Assembly: GCA_030390025.1 (NCBI GenBank)
Contig: CM059431.1
Coordinates: 110,424,001-110,488,000 of the forward strand
Length of the DNA stretch: 64,000 bases
Origin: Squalus acanthias
Taxonomy: Eukaryota
Reading direction: 5' to 3'
Shown here: in pieces, positions 24,566 to 37,689 of the stretch
Position numbering within the stretch: the first letter of the stretch is position 1
Layout of the letters: the number at the start of each line of letters is the position of its first letter
Notes under the pieces: generated by a model
What the model was told of the DNA's origin: nothing
The model's database searches: none
The model's input: only the letters and a program-made list of their open reading frames with translations
Program-made: the position numbers and the translations under genes

Positions 24566-26227
24566 ATATAGTATATAGAGCTGTCCTTTACTGTAAGAAG
24601 TTTTAAAGTTCGGGAACTGCCCTATTCACTGAGTGAAGAGTCAACCCAAATAAAAGGTTACCAGAAGGAACAGGAGATTTAGAGAGTTTGACGTTTGCTT
24701 ACAGGCTTAAGGCAATTAAAAGGGACATTGAACATTTCATTATAGGAATGTAAATAATAATTCACAGTACTGCAATAATGAACTAAAAAACTAACATAAT
24801 CAAACATGATTACACAATCAGGTCTTAGAAAGAGTATTAATGATATAAAAAGCCATGAGAAATCACATTATTCCTGAAATGATGCAGTCAGTTCCTCTAA
24901 TTCGTAACTAAGACCTTCAATTGAAAAGTCCCTCTCAACTCAAATGACTGTGCTCAAGATTTAGCTTTCTAATTCGTAATTCAATCCCTAAATTGGTACA
25001 TGGGAAACTCGTGGAAATGTTTCCTAATCGACTTGGTTTCATACTAATAATAAAAACTGGACAAATGACTTGTAACTGATGGGTCACTTACTAAAAAAGA
25101 ACATTATGACACCAGGATTTCAAAAACCACAAGCCTGAATCACAGGGTATGTGGTACTCATTGATATACTGTGTTCAGTAAAACCAACTCTCATCATTGT
25201 CAGCTGTAGATCACATTTTATCGTGGAAATAGTAAGCAGTGGCTTGAGCGAGAAGTAAACCATCGATGAGGTCACCACAACTGCGAATCACTTGGTGAAT
25301 GCCATAGCTGAGACCCAGCCTTCAGTAGGTCAGGGATTAGGCTGAAATGGAGGGAGAGAAGTTCGCTACCAGGCACTCTCCCCTCCATTACAACACGTCA
25401 GGGCCTTCCCACCATTACCCCGGGGGACTATCACCAGGCTTCACCCGACAGCTGCTGGGTAAGAAGAGTGCTCCTGAGGGAAATGGGCCTGGAATTTGGG
25501 ACCCAGCCAGAATTTGCACGCGTTGGATGCGTAAAAAGGGTCGCCGGCGGCAGTCCCAGCAGGAGCGGGGGATGGGGATGGGGTGGGGGGTGGGGCGCGC
25601 GGAAATTAAGGTCGGGGGCCGGCAGGCTGCGGTAGGCCTTGTCACCCAATTTTCCCCACTGTATCTCACACCTTGTCCCACCCATGCAGCAGCATGTCCA
25701 CTAGGCCAGGCAGCAGAGGGCCAGGTCCTGCACCACTATGTCATTTGCCCACAGATTCTACCACATACCTGTACATTCAGTTCGCTTTCCCTTTCTTTTG
25801 GCCTCCCATTTCTTTCCCCCCCCTCCAGCCTTTGGAAAGGCTACCCATGCACACTTAACCTTTAAGTGGTCGTATTCCTTTAAATTTTCCCAGAAGCCCT
25901 TAAGGACTGTTGGGTCCTGCTGGATATCTCATCCATGCTTCAACTCCGCTCCCCGCATCTGGGCCAATGTGTATAGGGAGTGTGTGCGAATGATTTAAAT
26001 AACCTGACCTAATAAACTTAGGTGAGATCAGGCCACTTGTGTGATGTGCACCATATGTAGAGCCCCATACTCTTAACGTGTGGACTTAGGGGTACATATC
26101 ACCTTTGATCATTTGAATGCAGTGCAACTAAAGAAAAACAATATGCATTAAAATAAAATAAAAATTATTACACTGTGAATGCGATGTAGGGCAAGTGGAG
26201 TGTGTTTCAGGGGGAGAACATCTGGGT

Positions 26228-27210
26228 AATAGAAACATAGAAGATAGGAGCAGGAGTAGGCCATTCGGCCCCTCGAGCCTGCTCCACCATTCAATGAGAT
26301 CATGGCTGATCATCCAAATTCAGTACCTTGTCCCTGCCTTCTCTCCATATCCCTTGATACCTTTAGCTTTAAGAAATATATCTAACTCCTTCTTGAATAT
26401 ATTTAATGAATTGGCCTCTACTGCCTTCTGTGGTAGAGAATTCCACAGGTTCACCACTCTCTGGGTGAAGAAATCCCTCCTCATCTCAGTCCTAAATAGC
26501 TTACCCCTTATCCTTAGACTGTGACCCCTGGTTCTGGACTCACCCGCCATCGGGAACATCCTTCCTGCATCTAGTCTGCCTAGTCCTGTTAGAATTTTAT
26601 AAGTTTAAATGAGATCCCCTCTCATTCTTCTAAACTCTAGCGAATATAAGCCCAATCGACCCAATCTCTCCTGATACGTCATTCCTGCCATCCCAGGTAT
26701 CAGCCTGGTGAATCTTCGCTGCACTCCCTCCATGGCAAGAACATCCTTCCTCAGATAAGGCAACACGGTGGCATAGTGGTTAGCACTGTTGCCTCACAGC
26801 GCCAGGGACCCGGGTTCGAATCCGGCCTCGGGTGACTGTCTGTGTGGAGTTTGCACATTCTCCCCGTGTCTGCGTGGGTTTCCTCCGGGTGCTCCGGTTT
26901 CCTCCCACAGTCCAAAGATGTGCGGGTTAGGTTGATTTGGCTATGATAAATTGACCCTTAGTGTTAGGGGGGATTAAATACGTGGGGTTACGGGGATAGG
27001 GTGGGATATGTGTCGGTGCAGGCTCGATGGGCCGAAATGGCCTCTATCTGCACTGTGGGGATTCTGTGATTCTGTGAAGGCGACCAAAACTGCACACAAT
27101 ACTCAAGATGTGGTCTTACCAAGGCCCTGTACAACTGCAGCAAGACATCCTTGTTCCTGTACTCGAAACCCTTTCCCTACGAAGGCCAACATACCATTTG
27201 CCTTCTTAAT
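26228..27210 (-). mobile_element. CR1 3' fragment, interrupted by HE1-like SINE
   Basis: RRDFFTQRVVNLWNSLP. Sequence resumes in register (..GATAAGG|CGACCAAAAC..) across the SINE. Confidence 0.9.
26759..27076 (+). mobile_element. V-SINE (HE1-like)
   Basis: tRNA head GGTGGCATAGTGG..GGGTTCGAATCC, V-domain-like TGTGTGGAGTTTGCAC..GGGTTTCCTCCGGGTGCTCCGGTTTCCTCCCAC, CR1-type tail (GATTCTGT)2. AAGGC at both junctions. Confidence 0.9.
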
Positions 27211-28440
27211 AGTGATCATAATATAATTAGGTTTAAAGTAGTTATGGAAAGGGACAAAGAAAAATCATTGGTGAAAATACCCAACTGGAAGAGAGTCAGA
27301 TTCAGTGATTTGAGAAGGGATCTAGCACAGGTGGACTGGAAACAAAGATTGGTCAAGAAAACAGTAAATGAGCAATGGCAGGCCTTCAAGGCAGAGATAG
27401 TTCGGGTACAAACCAAGCATATTCCCATAAGGAGGAAAGATGGGGCATCCAAAGCTAGAGCACCCTGGGTTACAAAGGAAATAGAGGTTAAAATAAAACA
27501 GAAAAAGGAGATTTATGACAAATGTCAGGTACAGAATACAACTGAAAATCAGGCAGAATACAGAGAGTGCAAGGGGGAAATTGAAAAAGGATATAAGGGC
27601 AAAGAGAGAGTATGAAAGTATGTAATTGGCTGAGGGGTATGAGTAACATAAAAAGGAACCCAAAAATCTTTTATAAACATATAAAAAGTAAAAGGAGAGT
27701 TAAAGGAATGGTGGGGCCGATTAGGGACAAAAAAGGAAATCATCTCGTGGAGGCAGAGGGCATGACTGAGATACTGAATGAGAACTTTACATTTGTCTTC
27801 ACAAGAGAAGAGAATGAAGTTAATGTCAGTAGAGGAAAGGGGAGTAGAGATATTGGATAGGATAAAAATAGATATAAAGTGGGTGCTAAATAGGTTGGCA
27901 TCCCTCAAAGTTAACAAGTCACCCAGTCCAGATGGGATGCATCCTAGGTTGCTGAGGGAAGTTAGGGTAGAGAGGAGGTTTACCAGGATGATACCAGGGA
28001 TGAGGGATTTCAGTTCTGTGGAGAGATTGGAGAAGCTGGGATTGTTCTCCTTAAAGCAGGGAAGGTTAAGGGGAGACCTAATAGAGGTATTCAAAATTAT
28101 GAAGGATTTTGATAGAGCAAGTAGGGAGAAACTATTTCTCTGGCAAGTGGGCATGTAACCAGTGTCCCTAGATTTAAAATAATTGGCAAAAGAACTAGAG
28201 GTGAAATGAGGAGACATTTCTTCACACAGAGGGTTGTTAAGGTCTGGAATGCATTGCCTGAAAGGGTGGTGGAATCAGATTCCATTGGAACTTTAAAAAG
28301 GCAATTGGACATATATTTGAAGAGGACTAATTTGCAGGGTTTTGCGGAAAAAGCTGGGGTGTGGGACTGAATTAAACAGCTCTTTCAAAGAGCCGGCACA
28401 GGCATGACGGGCCAAATGGCCTCCTTCTGTGCTGTAAGAT
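27207..28440 (+). mobile_element. CR1 fragment with large internal deletion
   Basis: SDHN endonuclease end to SPSPDGMHPRLLREV, jumping directly to RFTRMIPG near 27968 (RT core deleted). Confidence 0.9.
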
Positions 28441-28445
28441 ACTAT

Positions 28446-29151
28446 AGGCTAGAAATTCGGCTCCGTAGCACCCGGTTTGTCGGCGCTACAGACGCTGTTT
28501 TTGCGTCCAAAATGGTGTCTGCGCCGCGCGCGTGTAATTCTGGTGTGGGCCGTGCCAGTCGCCATCTTTGTAAAGGCCAAACAAAAGTCATCCTTTACCC
28601 ACGTCTGAAGCAGGCATTAGGCTATTAACATGTGCAAATAAGGGCGCCTAACGCCTGCTTCTGCTCCCTCTTGCAACTTTGGTTTGCGTTTGAGGCAGCC
28701 AGCGCCAGTGCTGATTGCCTCCAGGAAAACCAACGCTAAACAGCACGGAATTAAAAAAAGAGTAAGTAATTACCATAACCACTGCCATTCCCGGCCCCCC
28801 TGATCTCCCCCCCGGCCCCAGCCCCAACCTCCTAGCCCCCACCCCGACAGCACTCCTGATCCCCCAACAATACTTCAGACCGTTGCAATCTTCCTCCCCG
28901 ACCCCCAACAGCCCTCCGATCGCACTCAAGGCCCAGCCGTTCCTCCTCCAGACCCCCCCACGATCTTACCCAATCACTTACCTGAAAATTGGCGCACGAA
29001 CCTGTGTGGGCTCCTACCGCTGCACCATCTACATGATAATGAGGTCCGAGATCCAAAGTTCTGGGCTCCTCCGACCTCCCCATTTGAGTGCGGGCTGCTA
29101 GCACTCTGTGGGTAAGGCTTCCAAAAATGGACGCTACTGAATTTCTAGGCC
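28446..29151. mobile_element. Harbinger-type non-autonomous element
   Basis: TIR-like AGGCTAGAAATTC / GAATTTCTAGGCC; flanks TAT and TGT. Confidence 0.7.
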
Positions 29152-29185
29152 TGTGCTAATTAGTGACAGAAATAAATGAGACTCT

Positions 29186-29929
29186 GGCCCGTATTTTCCG
29201 ATGCCTACGGGTGGGTACGAGCTGTGTACACACTCGTAGGGACATCGGAAATGCCGGTTTCGGGCATGCGAAGCGCATGCCCTGAAAACCGGCATTTCCG
29301 ATCTGTTAAGAATGCTCTTGACAGATCGGACACCTGCCCTGGAGAAGGGCCTCTGCGGGAGGAGAGTTCCGCTTTCTGCAGAACCTCTGCCCGCAGAAAA
29401 CCCTTAGAAATCTTACGCCTGGTAAAAGCAGTGTAAGGCTTGCTTTTGCCAGCATAAGAGTTTAAAAAAGTAAAAAAAAAAATATTTTTTCACTCATTTA
29501 TAATTTAAAAATACTTTTAAAAAAGGTAAGTTTATTTTTAGCCCTGTAAAAAACTTTAATTATTTTTTTCAAAATGTTAAATTTTTGTTTCAAATATTTA
29601 ATTTAATGTCATTTTCACTAATTTTAAAAATGTGATGTTTAAAAAAAATGTATTTAATGTTCTAGTGTGTTTTTGAGGTGATCCCCATTCATATATTTGA
29701 CAGGTCTATTTGTCCAAAGTATGAAGGGAGATCCCCTTCTTTCATTGGCTGGCCTGGTCCACGTGATCCCAGGGACGCTTGCGAACCACCTGCGCCGCTG
29801 GGATACGTGGGCCCTGCGCATTTCGACTGTGGAGAGGCCCAGCATCGGAAGTGTCCGGACCTCGGGAGCCCTCAGGTAAGTGGGTAGATTTTTTTCCGAT
29901 AGGGAGCCTCCAATCGGAAGTTACGGGCC
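29186..29929. mobile_element. Harbinger-type MITE
   Basis: 17-bp TIR GGCCCGTATTTTCCGAT / ATCGGAAGTTACGGGCC (15 of 17 match) around an AT-rich core. Confidence 0.8.
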
Positions 29930-30304
29930 ATTGTCCGCACACAGAGCAAACTTGGTGTCATAATAATGGTTCTTTTAACCAAATAACAACCCAACAATTC
30001 CCTGAAGAAATAGCAACAGTTAAATAATAGAGACGGGGAAAAATGAGCGATGTGGCTGAGTCAGGAACAAGTTGCAGTTTATGAATGATGTCATTAGATC
30101 AAACATTTACTTCTTTAAATTTGTATATAAGTTGGAATTTGGATCCATGTCTGGAATTATGAATAATCTTGTATCCGAATTACTTACTGCTGCAAGTCTT
30201 CAGACTAGTATCTATCACAGTGACAGTGATTTATGCAATAAAATTCAGTCATGGTCTGTTTAAAATTATTATTTGTACCAATAAGAAGATTTAAAGCTTG
30301 TCTT

Positions 30305-31598
30305 TGTAGGGGGTGGTGTGGTAGGGGTCAGCCTTCACCTCTGACTCAGTGAGCGGTTCGAATCGCTCCCACGCCCCTGGTTCCAGACCTTGGACTTATT
30401 TAGGGGTTGTGAATAAAGATGCAGTAGACAACAGGTTCTGATGAAAGAATTTTGACTTTATTAAAAGAAAAAGGTAACAAACTTAAAACACACTTAAATG
30501 CTTAAACACAGGTTGGGGAACATGCGGTACAGGCGAGGGAAATAACCTTAGAAGAATACTTCACCCCTTCCAATCCCACTTCACTAGCTAGGTTGGACTC
30601 TGGAGAACCAGGGATAATGCTCACCAAACGAATCCTTGACAGTTGAGAGTTAGGGTTTAGAGTCTTTTGAGTAAAAGGTTTTGTAAGGCCCTTGTTGCCG
30701 TGAGGTGTCCGATGGTCACTGAGGCAGTCGCTCTGGTTTCTTCTTGCGTGTCGGATTGCTTGTGAAGCTGTTGGCCTTCTTTGTTGAACTTCTTGCTGTA
30801 ACTCTGCCTCTGTTTAAACTGTCTTCTTCCGAGCTGTGGAACTGCCTTCTTGCAGAACTGTGGAAACTGCCTTCTGCCTGCTTGTCCTGAACTCTGTAAC
30901 TCTGAAAACAGGCTTTTCGATTGAACTGCAGAACTGCCTTCTGTTGAACTTGAACTGTAACTGGAGAACTGTAACTCCCTTCTTACTGAAACTGTTGTAA
31001 CTGCTTGATGGGCCTTCAATTATATTAAATTGAAGTGGCCTTGTCAAAACCAACTCAAATCCTGGTCATTGTAAGACCTCGTTAACAGTAACGACTTTAC
31101 TAAGTGTCAAAATGGCTTGCGTCCTGTCGATCTCTTCGGTTGATTACAGGTGATTGGTGGGGTAATGGGTGTACTGGATGTTTTATTGTTTTCAGGCTTC
31201 TGGCACCCTGTTTGCGCCTGGGAATTTCAAAAGGGGTCTTGGATTATTCATATTTGGATGTGTATGTGAGGTTTTGGGTGAGGCTCTTCTTGGTTGGATT
31301 GCAGTGCAAACAATTCCCAAACAGCTTGACTGGGCCCCAATACCCAAAAGCTGTCCATTGCCTCGCCACACCCCTCCGCAGCCTGTCTTGTCTCTGTGAC
31401 TGTGAGGTTTCCCAATAGTAACATCCAAAGTCATTTTCCTCAGGGGTTTTCTGCCCTGGTCCTTAAGAATGTCCAAAACTGAGGTTTTTACCTCAAATAC
31501 TTCACTCAGGTCCCATCATCCCAAATTTGTATGAAAAATCAAAAATCACCCCTTTTAGGGTTCTGTTCGAGTTTCTGGGGGATTTTGCAAAGCCTACA
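30305..31598 (-). mobile_element. Solo LTR (1294 bp), same family as 41971-43261
   Basis: TGTAGG...CCTACA termini; flanks TCTT/CCTT (4-bp TSD, one mismatch). First ~850 bp match 41971-42830. Confidence 0.9.
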
Positions 31599-32056
31599 CC
31601 TTTAAGAAACACCGGTTGACTTTGTACTGGGAAAGTTATTCTGAAGACAATCTAGGTTGTCACTTTTATGGTTTAATTACCAGCACATACTGTTTTATGA
31701 TGTTAGTAGAAACTTGATATAATTTTCCTTTAGGTGAATTGAAACGAAAAGTAAAACTGCGGTTTTACTGTGTTGGAAAAATGTGTGGTAATTAGAGCCA
31801 TCTGGGACGCTGCAAATTTGGAGCAGGTCAACGCTCTGAATTGTTAACTGTGTTTCTCACTCCACAGATTCTACCTGACTTGATGAGTATTTCCAGCATT
31901 TTCTGTGTTTTTGTGAAATGATGTGGTTGCATTTCTTCAGTCTTGCTCTGGCCTTGGGGATCTCTTGTTGGTGCTGTTCAGACTTCTGTCGCTTTATTCG
32001 GGTTGTGCCCTGTAAGCACAGGCTACTCAAAAAATTCTGTCTCTGTGATTTGGGAT

Positions 32057-32497
32057 GAAAGAAAGACTTGCATTTATATAGCACCTTTTCCGTCCTCAGG
32101 ACATCCCAAAGCCCTTTACAGCCAATGAAGTATTTTTAAAGTGTAGTCACTGTTGTAATGTAGTAAACGTGGCAGCCAATTTTGCACACAGCAAGCTCCC
32201 ACAAACAGCAATGTGCAGATAGCATTTTTAGTGATGTTGGTTGTTTCTGTTTTAGTGACGTTGGTTGTAGGGATAAATATTGGCCAGGACACCAGGGAGT
32301 ACTCCCCTGCTCTTCTTCGAAATAGTGCCATGGCATCTTTTACGTCCACCTGAGAGGGCAGACGGGGCCTCGGTTTAACGTCACCTCTGACAGTGCAGCA
32401 CCCCCTCAGATTTTGTGCTCAAGTCTCTGGATAGGAACTTGAACCCACAACCTTCTAACTCAGAGGCGAGAGTGCGACCCACTGAACCAGGTCTGAC
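32057..32497 (-). mobile_element. SacSINE1-like SINE
   Basis: Collinear with 24115-24565. Confidence 0.85.
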
Positions 32498-33111
32498 AGC
32501 GGATGAGATCAAAGCTAGGTCACAGGGGGCAGCCACAATTCCAACAGGGCCTCCAGACTTTGGGAACTAGAAATAAACCTTATAGCCCTTCCCTGCACTA
32601 CCTCCTTGGTGACCAGTCCAGAACCCAATACTCATGGTGTACAGTATCAGTATAATGATACTGACCTATACTCGACTGATTTGGCAATATAGTTTAGCAT
32701 TTTGTTAGCTTTCGGATTGCCACCCTACCACGACCTTACATGCTAAGTGTTGATCTAATACTCCCAGATCAGAAAAGTCAAGGCTGACAGAAGCTTGCCC
32801 TTCTGTAACCATGGCGACTGCCATTTACTGGGCTATTATAAAACACTTTATGATTCGGGTTTGCATAGTATTGAATTTCATCACTTTTTTTTTGCAACTT
32901 AGCTTGAACCAGTGCACTAACGTTTTAATTACTAACAGTAATTTCTTTCTTTTTGTCTTATTATTTTCTTTCAACTTTCTTTCTCTAACTGGTTCCCGCG
33001 TAACAGGCAAAGGTAAATAGGAAAACTGCTGAGCAGCGAGGCAATCTGCTGTGAGGGGGGAATGGTCTGAGGCCCATGAAACTAACCAGGGCTGTTTTAT
33101 TGCAGTGTAAT

Positions 33112-33440
33112 TGCCATTCACACCTCCTCTGGACCCGTCTTTTGTTTCTTAACTTGTCCCATTACCATCCCCTTTTGCCTTGCACCATCATCCCTTTTGT
33201 CATTTAATCTCTCCTGCCTTCCATCCTATCACAGACCTTCCCTTTTGTTCTTTCCTCCCACACTCACCCCACCTTTTCCCTGCCCCTGCACTTGCTTAAA
33301 ATCTGTTACATCTCCAACTTTTTCCAGTTCTGATGAAAGTTCATCGACCTGAAACGTTAACTCTGTTTCTCGCTCCACAGATGCTGCCTGACCTGCTGAG
33401 TGTTTCCAGCATTTTCTATTTTTTTTTTAAATTTCAGTTT
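33112..33440 (+). mobile_element. Penelope-like element 3' end (pseudo-LTR region)
   Basis: Highly similar to 58090-58420, which follows a GIY-YIG C-terminus. Carries a hammerhead motif. Confidence 0.85.
33326..33362 (+). ncRNA. Minimal type I hammerhead ribozyme motif
   Basis: AGTT-CTGATGA-A-AGTTC ATC GACCT-GAAA CG TT-AACT: intact core, stem I AGTT/AACT, stem II with one mismatch. Confidence 0.75.
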
Positions 33441-33599
33441 CATATGTCAGCATGTTGGATTATTTTGTAATTCTGATACCCATGTTGATATTAAACTCGG
33501 TTCAAGTAGCCTCACAGGTTTCTGATATGACGTGTAGCATAACAGGAAAAGAAAGAATTGGTCCCTCACCCAGGGAAGTTGTCAGTGATTGGACAATAG

Positions 33600-33760
33600 C
33601 TAACATAGAAACATAGAAAAACAGGAGCCGGAGTCGGCCATTCGGCCCTTCAAGCCTGCTCCGCCATTCAGTATGATCAGGGCTGATCCTCTATCTCAAT
33701 ACCATATTCTCGCTCTCTCCCCATACCCCATGATGCCTTTTGTGTCTAGAAATCTATCTA
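33600..33760 (-). mobile_element. CR1 3' end fragment
   Basis: (CATAGAAA)2 tail and reverse 3' UTR. Confidence 0.8.
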
Positions 33761-33779
33761 TGCCCCTCCCATGGGACCA

Positions 33780-35105
33780 ATGCAACTCGCACGGGGCTAC
33801 GTCTCAGCACTGCCACTGTTCTGCACGACAACAGACTGCATGTGACGGTTTGGAAGCCGCTATCCATGCATTCCTTCACGCTGAGCAAAACTGGAGGAGA
33901 TGGTGGAAACCATAGGCTTCATAACTGAGGGCCCCACTGCAGTGTGTGTAGCGGTGACCACATGCTCTATGGTTGACTGCATTGATTGAATACCATCCGT
34001 GATGGGCCCATACAAGTTGGAAGTGGGTCTTCAACACTATTTGACATTATGTACAGGCTCCCTGGAAGGCAGTCCAAAGCATTAAGCAGTTGATGGTGCA
34101 CAGCCATCAGTCTTATTATATAGGCTGGACCCTGGAGATATTCATATGTGTTTTCTGCAGAACAGATCTAAGAGGTGACCTTGGCTTCCAGCGAGCTGGT
34201 TTCTGGGTTGTCCTCTTCCCCCTGTTCTTGCTCCTGCGCACTTGTGCTCAGTGAACCTCCCAAAGCAGACCAAAGGTGCATGGGGTGCTGATTTCTGAGC
34301 TGGGGCTTGCAAGGGTAAGAGTGAATGATGGTCCTTCTCTCTCTCTCTGCTCCAACTAGAGAGAGGGACGAGGGTTAGCAACTAATGGCGAGGTTTATTA
34401 GAAGCAGCTCAGTGGCAGGTCAAAGTGGCACCAGGTTGTCATGCGGGATGTGTGAGGGAGATAGTTCAGTGAGAAGAGAAAATGGGTAAGTTGGCCAAAC
34501 ACCTTCCCGCCCCACCACCTGCCACATGCCTGGCTCGCTCTGTGCCCGTTACATCAATGGCGGCCTCTTCCTTTGTGGACAACACTTTGAATGGTGGTGG
34601 CTCTGCTCCTGTGCACGCCTGCTCCCTCTTATTGTGTGGCCAACTTGTCCTACAAGATAAAAAGGGATATATTAGTGTGTGTGGCCTGCTGAAGGGATGT
34701 GAAGAAGTGCATGTCAGGGCAGGTGAGTTGGATAGTGTATGTAAAATGTCACAGGTTGTGGGGGCAATGAGGAGAGTACAAGTAGCAGCAGAAGGAGGTG
34801 CAGTGAAGTGTGCTGCTGTGATTGGAGGAGAGGAATTGGAAACGGGGAAGGGTAGGCTTGTGAGTGATGTGGCGACAGGTGATTCAGGGCTAAGCAGAGA
34901 GTGAGAGAGTTGTGAGTAGAAGTCTTACTTTAGCAGCTCTGGCCATCATTGAATTTCCTTCAACATTGATGTGAGGTCCTCAGCACAATCTTTTGTGCAT
35001 TCACTTGCTCAGTCACCTCTGCCCACTGTTGCTGTGCTATTTATCTTGGCACCCTTCGTCCATCAGCCAGAAAAAGACCTCCTTCCTCCTGCTGCCCTCC
35101 TCTAC
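33780..35105. mobile_element. Highly degraded Harbinger internal region
   Basis: Weak transposase-like remnants on +. Myb-exon-like remnants on - (34500-34650, 34930-35100) in the convergent layout. Confidence 0.35.
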
Positions 35106-35109
35106 ACGG

Positions 35110-35850
35110 TGTAAGATTTGGATCACAGGTCACACACAGATTACCCAAAGGATCTTAGGAGTTGTAAGACTTTTTATTAGAGAGCTACAGTTTAAGCATA
35201 ATCAGATATTACTACATGCGATTGAAATAGATACAGTAGACATACAACCCGTGACAGATGAGGGTGATCTACGGCCCTGAAACGGAACAAAACAACCGGA
35301 TGGACAGATAGTGAGGCAGTACGGTGATCTCGGATTGGGCGATTCCTGCAGTCTATGGCAGCGGTCACTTCTGTTGGGTCGTCCCTCGAGCTGTTGGAGG
35401 TATTAGGCCATCAGCCAGCATTGATCCACCTCAGAGGCTAAACTTGACCAAGGTGTTAGGCCATAGCCACCTCGGGGAAGCCTTCGCCCCTAACTGCCTG
35501 TTTTCCTCTCTCGGTCGCCTGTTTTCATAACTTATTTCGATGGGCTGGTGGATTCCTGGTGTCAATCATTTTTACCCATCCCATCGTCCAATTACAAGGG
35601 CGAGGCTACCTATGACAGCCCCCTCCCAGCCTCATGAGATCATTTTCCTCCTTATCTCTGTTCTAAAGGTCTTGTTGCCCTCTCGTAGACAGCTTGTTTA
35701 TCCTACAGCTCCTTGCTGCATCCCTTATCAGGCCTAGCTATGCCCACTCGAAAGCCTGTTTTTGTGTTCTGACCTCGTAATTCAGCTCTCTGGACAGCTA
35801 TTTTTAGGACATGACTGGAATCTTTCTGTGTCATCAACTTAGGCAAACTG
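35110..35850 (-). mobile_element. Probable LTR fragment
   Basis: Starts TGTAAGA with TTTATT ~60 bp inside (poly(A) signal on -). Far boundary and TSD not found. Confidence 0.4.
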
Positions 35851-35854
35851 CTGT

Positions 35855-37192
35855 GTGAAGGAATAAGCCATAAAACCTATTCAGAAAAATACATAATTCT
35901 ATGAAAGAATTCTGGCCTTATTAAAACATGACAAACTGGGTTTGGAAATCTAAAAACCTAACAATGGAGAAGCTGTATTGTTAACAGCATTCTGGCTATG
36001 GGGATGGGATGGTTGTTGACACTGAATCAATAACCTTGTTGAAACAGAAGGTTGGAGGCTCCCGACGGTCTGAATCTTTGGAAAGAAGACAATGGTGCAT
36101 CCTGGTTAAGGTGTCCTAAATTACACTTTGGAAAGAAACACATAAAATTAAGAAACATATGCCTAAGTAAAAATGACATCAAATAGAAACACCTGCTGTC
36201 ACACCGTTTTTGTGTTAAGCTTAAAACACCTACACAGGAGACATAATTCTGTATTGCAACCAGCTGAGGTGACTAAAGAATTGCATAGATCACCCTGGTT
36301 GAGGTGTTCTAATTTACACTTCATAAAGAGACACAAACAGAAGGCCTTGGTAGAGATGACATCAAGTGAAATGCACCTGCTGTTACACCATTTTTTATGG
36401 TGAGCTTCGAACACCTAGGGTAGAGACATAATTCTTAATGCTACCAGCTGATCTGACTGTAAGAATAGCAGGGGTCAGCAGAAAAATGACTAGAGATAAT
36501 TAGCTTACATCAGCAGAAAACTTCAAAGGAAATACCACTGAAAAAGAATATAAATATTGAACTTTCAAGTGGGATGTTAGTCTCACTGTAAAGGGGCAAA
36601 GCGATTTTCAGGCTTCAGAGGCGGCTCTGTAAGTCTACAACTCTTTGTACCTTGGGGATCAAGGTACTGTACTGTATTTGATTTTGGTGGATATCCTGGA
36701 ATAAGACTAAGAACTGTAAAACTGTAGCGAAGTTAAGATCTGATAATAAGAATTGTAAGCTTACTCTTTTTGGAACTGTTAATGTTGCGATTGAAATACC
36801 TATTGTAATTACATGTCGGTTCTTTAATAAATCTATATATTTTTAGAATCGTCTCACATAGTACTTCTGTATCAAACTCGCGAACTCAATCTCTGTACGC
36901 TCTTTGGTGAGGAGTTGCAGAATTCTGGGGGGGTTTTCATAATGTCCGGAAGGTTACAGTCTAGCTAAACTTATTAAAAGTGCTATCTGGAGGACGGTAA
37001 CATCTTCAGGTTGTTCCTTTCCTTTAGGGAGAGATAGTCCGGACCTTTCGACCCAATTAAGCGTCTTTAGGATTCGGCTACCTCAAACTTTAGTTGAAAG
37101 TGAACGTCTGGGGAATACGCCTGATCTGAGGTAGCCCTAAAGGGGCTAGGACTAGTAATTATCCCTTCAGCTGATCTAGGGAACCTGTAACA
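35855..37192 (+). mobile_element. LTR (approximate 5' boundary), with an inverted partial copy at 47795-48320
   Basis: Ends TGTAACA. TATAAATA near 36549, AATAAA near 36826, and a ~190-bp internal duplication (36101, 36294). Confidence 0.7.
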
Positions 37193-37689
37193 GACTATTA
37201 TTTCTTTCAATCCACGATTTCTTACAATGGAATTGTCCGAAATTCAAGGGATCATTGCAAAGCTCATTGAGGTTTGAAGTCTCCAGCATACAGCACAGGC
37301 AAAGTGCATTTTCCCTTTAAGACTTGTAGGCTGCTTTTAAATAGGTGCCTTTTCTGCCTGAATTCTCGCGCCCCCAATGGGAAAGCTGCCATAACCAGTG
37401 CAAGTAGTGCTGACCGCTCACCCATCATAGGAAATGAGTCACAAACCTGAAAGTGGTTCCTGCTTCTCACCCATGTCATCACTGTAGACGCCATGCCCAC
37501 TTTGTAGCCATTTTGAACGCAGGTTAAAAATTGCCTGCAAGATTTAAGCTCAACTTGGCTCCATTGATAGTCTCTGAATGTGAAGGTTGTGGGTTCAAGC
37601 ACCAGTCCAAGACTTGAGCACATTATTTAGGCAGGCACATTGGTGCAATATTGAATTATTGCTGCATTGTCTGAGCTGCTGTCTTTTAG

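Noticed and set aside
30347..30370. tRNA or Pol III gene in the LTR (GAGCGGTTCGAATCGCTC hairpin)
   Set aside because: Only a B-box-like hairpin with no cloverleaf, and it is altered in the other two LTR copies.
31843..31915. Fourth hammerhead
   Set aside because: A Penelope-like tail fragment that starts downstream of the catalytic core; CUGANGA and GAAA are absent.
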